Under the pieces are notes generated by a model. That model worked only from the letters and a program-made list of their open reading frames with translations, was not told the origin of the DNA and did no database searches. A stretch of DNA of 64,000 bases from an uncultured Candidatus Saccharibacteria bacterium. Lineage in GTDB: Bacteria > Patescibacteriota > Minisyncoccia > Minisyncoccales > UBA1441. The DNA lies in assembly GCA_964572275.1 (NCBI GenBank), contig CAZNED010000001.1, positions 87,188 to 151,187 of the forward strand, written 5' to 3'. The translations under genes and the position numbers were made by a program. This document shows positions 44,008 through 52,781 of this stretch, piece after piece (position 1 is the stretch's first letter; the number at the start of each line of letters is the position of its first letter).

Positions 44008-44481
44008 TTAGCCCATACCTGTGATGTACTTGACCGCCTGAGGAACAGCTCTTGCCAATAATGCGATGATCATACCTATTACAGCAAAGGTGATTACCTT
44101 AGTTGCTTTGCCTGTTTTTGTCGGATCACCAGAAGACGTCAAGAATGTGAAAGCACCATAGAGAACCATAATCATAACCACAATCATGATTAGGTAAAAA
44201 ATCCAGTTTGTGATGTAATGAACAGTTCCTATCATGCAAACCAAACCCCAATCATCACGCGTTCCAGGAATTTCCTGACCTGGAGTAAATGACTCTTCGC
44301 CGATAGAGAATTTAACTCGAATTCGGCATCCGGCTGTAACATCTCCAGGACTTACCCCTTCCGCACTACTTCCTGAACCGGTTTCGCCTGTGTCTTCCCA
44401 GTCTGCTTCACCGATTGCAGGAAAAACGCTGATAATCAAAGTTAGCGCTAAGGCGCTCAACACTATAAAAATCTTTTTCAT
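44008..44481 (-). CDS. T4SS-pilin-like small membrane protein, paralog 2
   Basis: 157 aa. Signal peptide. The C-terminal 90 aa are nearly identical to paralog 1. Confidence 0.7.
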   Translation of the reverse strand: MKKIFIVLSALALTLIISVFPAIGEADWEDTGETGSGSSAEGVSPGDVTAGCRIRVKFSIGEESFTPGQEIPGTRDDWGLVCMIGTVHYITNWIFYLIMIVVMIMVLYGAFTFLTSSGDPTKTGKATKVITFAVIGMIIALLARAVPQAVKYITGMG

Positions 44482-44493
44482 ATGGATATAAAA

Positions 44494-44949
44494 TTAACTG
44501 GCTGACAGAACCGACCTTATTATAGCAACTATAGCCCAACTAAGCAATATTAAAATCAAGCCCAATACGGCATAAGTTATCGCTTTTTGCCCCTTAGCAA
44601 ATTTCGTCGGGTCTCCACCTGAAGTGATCATTAGATATGCCCCATATAAAACAACTAATGTCATGCCTGTAATTCCTAGCCAAAATAATAACCTCACTAG
44701 GTGTTCCATTAATTTCATCAAGGTTGGATGTTTGATAGGCGAAACAAAGCCAACATCAAAAGATGCGTCATCTTCTACCGATGCATTTCCGTCTTCGTCA
44801 GAATCCTCGCCTAATACCATCGGCACAAGCGAAGCTTTTTGAGACGATTCCATATTCAACGACATCTCATCTGCTTTCGCAACATTACATGAAAAAATAC
44901 TCAATCCAATTAATCCTATTAATATAAATAATGATTTATAGTTTTTCAT
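44494..44949 (-). CDS. T4SS-pilin-like small membrane protein, paralog 3 (divergent)
   Basis: 151 aa. ...LYGAYLMITSGGDPTKFAKGQKAITYAVLGLILILLSWAI. Confidence 0.65.
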   Translation of the reverse strand: MKNYKSLFILIGLIGLSIFSCNVAKADEMSLNMESSQKASLVPMVLGEDSDEDGNASVEDDASFDVGFVSPIKHPTLMKLMEHLVRLLFWLGITGMTLVVLYGAYLMITSGGDPTKFAKGQKAITYAVLGLILILLSWAIVAIIRSVLSAS

Positions 44950-44950
44950 A

Positions 44951-45475
44951 TTAAGATTTTTTTAAAATAAGACCAAAATGATATTCTCCCAAATCTAATT
45001 CTTCGGCTAAATGGAGATTATACCTTTCCGCCCAATCCTCTATTTCATCGAGAGAGACTGGTTTCTGATTGCGAATGACCGGTGATTCTGGTCGCCAATC
45101 AATAATAAGCAATTTTCCTCGCCTTTTTAAAACGCGTGAAGCTTCCATGATAACCGGTTTCTTGTCTTCAATCTGAAAAAGCATATTAGCGATAATAACC
45201 AAATCCAAAGAACTGTCCGGCAGGCCTGACCCTTCAATCTCAGTAAGATCTCTCTGTAGAAATCTAATATTATCTAAATAATTATACTTGGCTTTACCTG
45301 CCGTCGCCGAAAGATATCCTTCTTGAATATCAATCGCATAAACCAATCCTTTTCTCAAGCGACGAGCCAACTCCATTGCCCAATTTCCAGGGCCAGTACC
45401 AAAATCAGCACCTGACATATTCTGAGATAATCTCAGTTTATCAAGTATGCTATTAATGTCTAAAGAATTATTCAT
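44951..45475 (-). CDS. Class I SAM-dependent methyltransferase
   Basis: 174 aa. Motif I DFGTGPGNWA. Confidence 0.75.
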   Translation of the reverse strand: MNNSLDINSILDKLRLSQNMSGADFGTGPGNWAMELARRLRKGLVYAIDIQEGYLSATAGKAKYNYLDNIRFLQRDLTEIEGSGLPDSSLDLVIIANMLFQIEDKKPVIMEASRVLKRRGKLLIIDWRPESPVIRNQKPVSLDEIEDWAERYNLHLAEELDLGEYHFGLILKKS

Positions 45476-47950
45476 TTAGCTTTTGGTTTCTTCTTCTAAT
45501 AAACAAGCTGCTGATGCTATCTTATCGCCCGTTCCTAATCTCATAATTCTAACGCCAGAAGTTGCCCGTCCTAAAATTGAGACATCTTTAACTTTAGTTC
45601 TAATAATATTGCCCTTCATGGAAATAACAATCAAATCCTGCTCATTATTATCAATTAATTTTGAAAAAACCAAATCTCCTGTTTTAGCGCCTATTTTGGC
45701 AGCAATAATACCTTTTCCTCCTCGACCTTGTTGGCGATAATTTGCTAAGTACGTTCTCTTCCCGTAACCTTTTTCGCTTAAAGTAAGAATCTGAAGCTTT
45801 TTAAAATCGGATTTGGAAGCAATTACCATCAGCCCGATTACTTCATCATCCTTACTAACGCTAATGCCCTTAACTCCAGCCGTAACTCGACCAGTAGATC
45901 GAATATTTTTTTCAATAAAAAGTATCGATTTGCCTTTTTCTGTAATAAGCATCAAGTGGTCGTTTCCGCTTGTTTCGACTACCGATCTTAATAAATCTCC
46001 CTTCTTTAAACTGATGGCTTGTAATCCATTTTTCCGAATATTCTGATATTCTCCTTTGCTTGTTTTCTTAATCATTCCCTTTTTGGTAGCCATGACTAAA
46101 TAATTTTGGCCCGTTTCAGCTTTTTGATTGATAACAGCCAAAACTCTTTCATCGGCACTAATTGGTAAATAATTAGCCAATCCGCGGCCGCGACTAACTC
46201 TGCTCCCTTCTTCAATCTCATAGGCTGGCAATTGATAAACCTTTCCTGTATCGGTAAAGAAAAGCAGTTCATCGTGCGTGGAAACCGAGATGAAATGCTC
46301 CACAATATCTCCTTCCATCGTTTTCATGCCTACTATACCCCTGCCACCTCTTTTCTGAATCTTATAAACCTCAGGTTGATTTCTCTTAATATACCCCTTC
46401 TGAGTGATGATGATGAAGTTTTCTTGATCCGGAATTAAATCCTTCTTAGAGATTTGCTTGACCTGCCCAGAGACAATCTCTGTCTTCCTAGCATCTCCAT
46501 ATTTTTTCTTAATAACATTCAATTCGTCTTGGATCAATTTTTCCACCTTTTTAGGGCTAGCTAATAATATCTTCCATTCCTTAATTTTCTTTTCAATATC
46601 TTTTAATTCTTTTTCAATTTCAATTCTTTCTAATTTAGCTAAGCGATGCAATTTAACCTCCAAAATAGCCTCAGCTTGCACCTCGCTAAGCTTGAATTTT
46701 TTGATTAAATTCTGAGCAGCATCACTCCTATCTTCTGATTTTTTAATGACAGCAATAACCTCATCAATATGGGCTAAAGCAATCATCAGACCTTCCAGAA
46801 TATGCTGGCGTTTCAATACTCTGTCTAAATCAAACTTTGTGCGACGTACGACCACTTCTCGACGATGGCTTAAATAATGATTCAATATATCCGCCAAGGA
46901 AAGAGTCCTGGGCTGTAAACCATCGACCAAAGCAACCATGTTAATATAATGCTTTTTCTCCAAATCGGTGTATCGATAGAGTTGATTAAGTATTCTTTGA
47001 GGAAATCCCTGCGGTGATATCTCCAATACTATCCTTAGGCCTTGCCGATCTGATTCGTCCCGCACGCTTCTAATGCCCTTAATCTTATCTTCGGCTGCCA
47101 GATGAGCAATCTTAGCTACCAAGGCCGCCTTATTAACTCGATAAGGAATTTCCGTGATGACAATCTGGGCACCCTTTCCTTTCTCGACAATTTCAGCTTT
47201 GCCTCGATTAAGTACTGCCCCGCGTCCTTGAGAATAAGTAGAAACTAACTCTCCTTGGCCGTAAATAATTCCCCCCGTTGGCAAATCAGGGCCTTTGATA
47301 AATTGGAATAAGTCCTCAGTTGTCGCCTCAGGATGATCAATAAGATAAACCAAAGCATCGCAAAGCTCCGACAAATTATGAGGCAAAATACTTGTAGCCA
47401 TACCAACAGCAATCCCTATCGTTCCATTCAATAATATTTGCGGCACTGGCGATGGTAAAACAGTTGGTTCTTGAAAAGTTCCGTCGTAATTATCAACAAA
47501 ATCAACTGTCTCTTTCTCAATATCTGAAAGCATGTCTTCACCTAGCACTGAAAGCTTCGCCTCGGTATAACGAGAAGCAGCCGGAGGATCGTCATCAATT
47601 GATCCGAAGTTTCCTTGACCGATAACTAATGGATAGCGGCGTGCGAAATCTTGAGCCAACCCGACCATGGCATAATAAACTGCTGTATCGCTATGCGGAT
47701 GATATCGCCCTAAGCAATAACCGACTATGGCTGAAGATTTTTTAGTTGCTGCCGAAGACTTTAATCCCATTTCATAAAGAGAATAGAGAATACGACGATG
47801 CACTGGCTTGAGCCCATCTCGAACATCTGGCAAAGCTCGAGAAACGATGACCGACATTGCATAATCCAAATAAGATTCGCGCATTTCGTCGCTTATCTCT
47901 CTTGAGATTATTTCTCTGGCAATTGTAATTTTATCTTCTGTTTTACTCAT
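45476..47950 (-). CDS. gyrA: DNA gyrase subunit A
   Basis: 824 aa. Motifs DGLKPVHRRILY and YHPHSDTAVY, plus a C-terminal beta-pinwheel. Confidence 0.95.
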   Translation of the reverse strand: MSKTEDKITIAREIISREISDEMRESYLDYAMSVIVSRALPDVRDGLKPVHRRILYSLYEMGLKSSAATKKSSAIVGYCLGRYHPHSDTAVYYAMVGLAQDFARRYPLVIGQGNFGSIDDDPPAASRYTEAKLSVLGEDMLSDIEKETVDFVDNYDGTFQEPTVLPSPVPQILLNGTIGIAVGMATSILPHNLSELCDALVYLIDHPEATTEDLFQFIKGPDLPTGGIIYGQGELVSTYSQGRGAVLNRGKAEIVEKGKGAQIVITEIPYRVNKAALVAKIAHLAAEDKIKGIRSVRDESDRQGLRIVLEISPQGFPQRILNQLYRYTDLEKKHYINMVALVDGLQPRTLSLADILNHYLSHRREVVVRRTKFDLDRVLKRQHILEGLMIALAHIDEVIAVIKKSEDRSDAAQNLIKKFKLSEVQAEAILEVKLHRLAKLERIEIEKELKDIEKKIKEWKILLASPKKVEKLIQDELNVIKKKYGDARKTEIVSGQVKQISKKDLIPDQENFIIITQKGYIKRNQPEVYKIQKRGGRGIVGMKTMEGDIVEHFISVSTHDELLFFTDTGKVYQLPAYEIEEGSRVSRGRGLANYLPISADERVLAVINQKAETGQNYLVMATKKGMIKKTSKGEYQNIRKNGLQAISLKKGDLLRSVVETSGNDHLMLITEKGKSILFIEKNIRSTGRVTAGVKGISVSKDDEVIGLMVIASKSDFKKLQILTLSEKGYGKRTYLANYRQQGRGGKGIIAAKIGAKTGDLVFSKLIDNNEQDLIVISMKGNIIRTKVKDVSILGRATSGVRIMRLGTGDKIASAACLLEEETKS

Positions 47951-48251
47951 TTGATTCCTGTTGAATATCTTCTTTCAATTCTTCGCCTGAAGAATTCTCT
48001 TTATCAATTGAAAAAAGTTCTTCTATAGTTATATCTGGCACTAGATCAGATATGTTGGTCCATTCTTCGCTTTGTTTCGGTGGATTAAGATTATTTTTAG
48101 CTGCCGACCAATCTATTTGTTTGAATCTTGTAGTTATTGATGAAACCCACCAAATAATCAAGATGAGACCAATAACGCCAACAATGGACCAAACGACATA
48201 TTTTTTCTTTGCCTCCGGTAACTTTTTTAAATCATCGAGCCATTTCTTCAT
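47943..48251 (-). CDS. Small membrane-anchored acidic protein
   Basis: 102 aa. One TM span. Overlaps both neighbouring genes by a few nt. Confidence 0.5.
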   Translation of the reverse strand: MKKWLDDLKKLPEAKKKYVVWSIVGVIGLILIIWWVSSITTRFKQIDWSAAKNNLNPPKQSEEWTNISDLVPDITIEELFSIDKENSSGEELKEDIQQESNE

Positions 48252-48832
48252 GAGATTTTCAACGCCTTAACTGATAGGCTGTCTTCAGATAAACTATCTG
48301 ATTGAATTTGTATTGATTCTTCTTCAACCTGATGATCAACACCCAGAATCTTCAAAAATTGAACTAACTCTTCTTCTTGATAATTCATAGGAATTACTAA
48401 TCTTGGCTCGATCCGGTTAATAATTTTAGCCGCTGATTTAACATCAATATCATCTTTACTGATAGAGATGATTAAAACATGAGCTTCTCCTAACTGCTCA
48501 AGTTTTTGATCATCAATATTAATATTATCCAGTCCTTCAAGATAAACTATTTTCTCGCCAAAAATGTCCAATTTATAGATAATATGTTTACCATCCTGGA
48601 TTCCTTTAATCATCACATCTTTAACGTCATATTCTCCAGGATAGTTAACTAAAAAGACATCATTAGATAATTCCGGGACTGATTCGCCCAAACCAAATAG
48701 ACAAACATGGACATCTTTCAATAAAGAATTGTTTAATTCTTTATTATCCCGACCTACCATAATGCTGACTTTTGGTTGCTTAACTTTATCCTTAATCAAA
48801 AATTGACTCTGTCCTAATCTAGTAATAAACAT
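48248..48832 (-). CDS. Hypothetical protein (weak metallo-beta-lactamase-fold-like resemblance)
   Basis: 194 aa. The N-terminus MFITRLGQSQFLIK resembles UPF0173-like proteins, but I see no His motif. Confidence 0.4.
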   Translation of the reverse strand: MFITRLGQSQFLIKDKVKQPKVSIMVGRDNKELNNSLLKDVHVCLFGLGESVPELSNDVFLVNYPGEYDVKDVMIKGIQDGKHIIYKLDIFGEKIVYLEGLDNINIDDQKLEQLGEAHVLIISISKDDIDVKSAAKIINRIEPRLVIPMNYQEEELVQFLKILGVDHQVEEESIQIQSDSLSEDSLSVKALKIS

Positions 48833-48924
48833 ATTAAAACTCCTTTATTTTAGCACTTTAAAGCCATAAAAACAAAAGCCAGCCATTGAAGATAATTACA
48901 GGCCGGCTTTCATTTAACGACTAT

Positions 48925-51900
48925 TTAATTTCCGCTACAAGATGAACCACTGCAAGAGGAACCGCTACCAGAGGAAGAACACTGAGCATATGTTTTCGCC
49001 GAAACTTCACCTAATAATGTTGCACTCGTCATTTTACCATTACGTAATTGATAAGTATAACTAGTGTCTGGCAAAACATCCCAATCAATATAAGGAAGAT
49101 TCGACGAATTACCACTGCCCGAACCGAAGGTATGGATTAAAGCCCCATTACGGAATAAAGAAACATCTGTTCCATTGCTGTAGCTATAATTTAGTAATAC
49201 ATTTTCGTCTCCTACTCCATAAACCGAGAGGGTTCCGCTAGCTTGGCCTGTAACTGCTCCTGTTCCATCTGATGTCCCACCTGATGTTCCACCTGATGTT
49301 CCATCCTGAGTTTGGTCTCCCGAACCTTGATCGGGTGTTTGTTCGGATCCTGGCTCGACGGGCGTAACATGAGGTTTGCCCGATCGGCTCCAGGTTCCCG
49401 TACCACCAACCATACAAAGGCTTATCTCTGCTGGAAACTCCAATCCTAATTCTATCTGAAATGTCCCCACGTTCTCAATATCTAGCGAAAGCGTCATATC
49501 AGCCACATGAACATAATATGCAGCATATAATCTGGATATGCTCGGGAATGCACGTAACTTGATTCCAGCTGATCCAGCCGACACGTCTCCTGGTCCGGCA
49601 ATGCCACCATCTGGCGTCAAGCTGACACCTTTATCTTTGAAACAATTGGTTCCCACCTGACAAACCATCCCCCATGTCCATGGCAAGAGATCAGGCTTTG
49701 CCCAGACAGATCCAATTGGACCAAAATCTTCAGGACAAGCTGGTAATACCGAGAAATCATCATGTGTTGTAGTGCATAAATCGATAGCGCTTGCCTGAAC
49801 CAATGGAAGCCATAATGCCACCACTTTTGGATATTTTTCGTCTTGACCACTGGTATAACCAGAGTGAATCCATAAGAAATCTATTCCCAACAGACCGCAA
49901 CCGGCTTGTTCATATCCGCCAACCTCTACGCGCTTATCCCATGGACAACGCTTATGTTTAGCCCAAACAGCTGGAGCACCTTCAAACGGACAAAGCGGTA
50001 GCTGTACTTTCGCATCTGTCGGAATGGACTCCATATCGTCATCCGCAATCTTGGTGAAACAAGTCACTGAAGCAATCACTGCTTTATCATTATTAGCCGG
50101 TCGCAAAGTGTACATATAAGGAGTCGTTGCCTCAAGACCGCTATCGCTAATGCTTCCTATATTCGTTCCACTTCCTAAATTAGCAATCGTCGTATTATCG
50201 CGATATATCCTCACTGCCTCATCATAAGTAAAAGTATAATCTACGATAATCGTACCTAACTGTTCACTACGGCAACTCAAACTTCCCGAAGAATCCTCTG
50301 GAACTTCTGGACCGGTGCAACTTCCTCCACTTCCTCCATCATCCGAACTTGTAGATCCTGGAGTGCCTGTAGCTGCAACTTCCGTGCGACAAGTTACAGA
50401 AGCCATTAATTTACTGGAAGTCGTTTTTCCATCTCGCATTTCATAACTGTATTGACGATTAGGCTGAAGATTTCTATCGATAGCTCCACTGGTCTTACTC
50501 CCTTGTCCAATTCCGCCCCAAATACTTCCATCTCTGAAAAGATAAACATCTGTTCCATTTTCAAAAGAATAATTGATCTCTATTGAATCAGATGCCAACC
50601 GACCGCAAGACAGGCTTCCTTGCGCCGCACTTTCTGCGCTAGACCCGGATGTTCCGCCAACCACACAAATACTGGCTATTGCTGGATTGTCTTTCTTCAA
50701 ATCTATTTCTCTCTTTCCTATGCCTGGAATATCTATTTCTACGGACGTATCGGCCACCTCCGTATATATTGATGAAAAGACTTTAGCTACGTTGGTGAAT
50801 GTGCGCACTTTAGCACTCACATTCAACGATCCTATGCTAACTCCTTTATTCTTTTCACAATCTTTTCCAACCTGACAAACGTTATCGTTCGACCATGGCA
50901 ATAGATAAGATTTAACCCAAACTGTCCCTTTTGTGCCGAAGGCCTGAGGACAATTCGGTACCGTCGAGAAATCATTCGAAGCCGTAGTGCATAAATTGAA
51001 AGAATTAGCGAAAAGTCCCGTAGTCAAAAGAGATTCTATGCCTGCATAAGGCAATGAATCAGATACTTTGAGACTTCTTACCTGTAATGGCGTAACTCCT
51101 ACCAAGCCACAAGCAGCTTGTCCATCCGTTCCGAATCTCACCCTCTTAGTCCAGGGACAATTATTATTTTTTGCCCATACTCCTGCCGTATCCTGGAATT
51201 CACAAACCGGTAATTGAATCTGTCCCGCACTCGGCAAGGTATCTAAGTCACTAGTACTCGGCTTAGTGAAACAAGCTGTTGAAGCGACAATGACATCTTT
51301 ATTATTAGCGGCATAAACTGTATACGTATAAGAAGTGTTTGATTGCAAACTAGAATCCGTAAGTTCTCCTTTATTTTCCCCAGCACTGAAGGTACGCATT
51401 AAATCGTCATTGCGATAAAGCTGGGCTTGCTCATTGTGAGAAAAATCATAAGTGAGTTTAATGGAACTTGTCTGTTCATTGGAACAAGTCAACCCTCGTG
51501 AACTGCTTTCTGCTGATGATCCTTCCGCACTTAATGTCGAGCAAATAACCGTAGCCAATAAAGGAGAATTAACACTGATTCCATTTCTTAGATAATAAGT
51601 GTACTCCTGTCCCGGTTGAAGATTTACGCTTTTGCCCGATCCCGTTTTATCACCGGATCCGAGGGTGGCAATCCGACTACTTCCTAGATAGATACTGACA
51701 TCCGTTCCGTTTTCAAATTGATATCGGACGGATATCGAGTTAGTCGTAGCCGTTCCGCAGGTCAGACCACCCGTAGCATCATCTTCTTCAGGTGTAGTTT
51801 CTTCTGATCCTTGAGTTGAACAAACAACTGAATCCAATGTTGGAGAATCAACCGTCGTTCCATTGACTAAGCGATACTGATATGTTTTTCCAGGCTCTAA

Positions 51901-52755
51901 ATCTTTATCGCGCCCTTGATCGGTTTTGTTTCCCGATCCAAGATTAACTAAGTTAGTATCTCCTCGGAAAATTGAAACATTGGTTCCGTTAGTAAATCCA
52001 TATCTGAGAGTGATATAAGTATCCGTCGTCTCTCCGCAAGTTAAAGAACCCTTCGCAATCCCAGTATCAGCAGAAGAAGATTCCTCATATCCTTGCGTTC
52101 CGCAAATAACTGAATTAATTACCTGTGCCGTCGAACTATTCCCATTGCGCAAGTAATAAGTATATTGTCCTGGTTGCACATTTGTATTCCGCCCCTGACC
52201 ACTACGCGATCCTGATCCGAGCTGAGCGACTATTTGATTGTCGCGCCAAACTGTAACATCCGTACCATTTTCAAATTGATAATTTAAGGAAATTGAGTCA
52301 GTGGTTGATCCAGCACATGTGATCGATCCCGTGACTGTTGTTGATGCACTGCTGCCCTCCCAATACGGTTCACCGGCTCCCAAAGTCGAACAAGTAACCG
52401 AAGCTAAAAGAGTTGATCCGGCAGTCGATCCATTACGTAAATAATAAGTGTATGTATCACCGCGACTAAGGCGACTATTGGTTCTCACTCCTGATCCAGA
52501 ACCAGAACCCAACAATAATCCTTGGGAAGAATCTCCTCTAAAGATGGTGACATTTGTTCCACTCTGGAAAGAAAATTCTAATGAAATAGAATTTTCTGAA
52601 GTCATGGCGCATTGTAATGTTCCGCTGGCCGATTGAGCCATGGCACGATTATCCACGACTCCGTAGTGGGATAACAGTATCGAAATAAAAACTGTTGATG
52701 CCGTTACTCCTAGAATCGCCAAAATAAGAAAGATAGGTTTAAGTGGGCGTATCAT
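48925..52755 (-). CDS. Giant secreted repeat protein (1276 aa): eight Cys-bounded FN3-like modules plus two copies of a Cys-rich domain of about 190 aa
   Basis: N-terminal anchor. Module consensus G.L.C......SI...Y.F.NGT.V.......LGSG.......L.PG..Y.Y.L.NG......L.SV.C.T. The larger domains begin LPVCEF...VWAK..CPW.KRV. The C-terminus is SSGSGSSCSGSSCSGN. Confidence 0.75.
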   Translation of the reverse strand: MIRPLKPIFLILAILGVTASTVFISILLSHYGVVDNRAMAQSASGTLQCAMTSENSISLEFSFQSGTNVTIFRGDSSQGLLLGSGSGSGVRTNSRLSRGDTYTYYLRNGSTAGSTLLASVTCSTLGAGEPYWEGSSASTTVTGSITCAGSTTDSISLNYQFENGTDVTVWRDNQIVAQLGSGSRSGQGRNTNVQPGQYTYYLRNGNSSTAQVINSVICGTQGYEESSSADTGIAKGSLTCGETTDTYITLRYGFTNGTNVSIFRGDTNLVNLGSGNKTDQGRDKDLEPGKTYQYRLVNGTTVDSPTLDSVVCSTQGSEETTPEEDDATGGLTCGTATTNSISVRYQFENGTDVSIYLGSSRIATLGSGDKTGSGKSVNLQPGQEYTYYLRNGISVNSPLLATVICSTLSAEGSSAESSSRGLTCSNEQTSSIKLTYDFSHNEQAQLYRNDDLMRTFSAGENKGELTDSSLQSNTSYTYTVYAANNKDVIVASTACFTKPSTSDLDTLPSAGQIQLPVCEFQDTAGVWAKNNNCPWTKRVRFGTDGQAACGLVGVTPLQVRSLKVSDSLPYAGIESLLTTGLFANSFNLCTTASNDFSTVPNCPQAFGTKGTVWVKSYLLPWSNDNVCQVGKDCEKNKGVSIGSLNVSAKVRTFTNVAKVFSSIYTEVADTSVEIDIPGIGKREIDLKKDNPAIASICVVGGTSGSSAESAAQGSLSCGRLASDSIEINYSFENGTDVYLFRDGSIWGGIGQGSKTSGAIDRNLQPNRQYSYEMRDGKTTSSKLMASVTCRTEVAATGTPGSTSSDDGGSGGSCTGPEVPEDSSGSLSCRSEQLGTIIVDYTFTYDEAVRIYRDNTTIANLGSGTNIGSISDSGLEATTPYMYTLRPANNDKAVIASVTCFTKIADDDMESIPTDAKVQLPLCPFEGAPAVWAKHKRCPWDKRVEVGGYEQAGCGLLGIDFLWIHSGYTSGQDEKYPKVVALWLPLVQASAIDLCTTTHDDFSVLPACPEDFGPIGSVWAKPDLLPWTWGMVCQVGTNCFKDKGVSLTPDGGIAGPGDVSAGSAGIKLRAFPSISRLYAAYYVHVADMTLSLDIENVGTFQIELGLEFPAEISLCMVGGTGTWSRSGKPHVTPVEPGSEQTPDQGSGDQTQDGTSGGTSGGTSDGTGAVTGQASGTLSVYGVGDENVLLNYSYSNGTDVSLFRNGALIHTFGSGSGNSSNLPYIDWDVLPDTSYTYQLRNGKMTSATLLGEVSAKTYAQCSSSGSGSSCSGSSCSGN

Positions 52756-52781
52756 ATTTATATAAATTAATTTTATATTTA

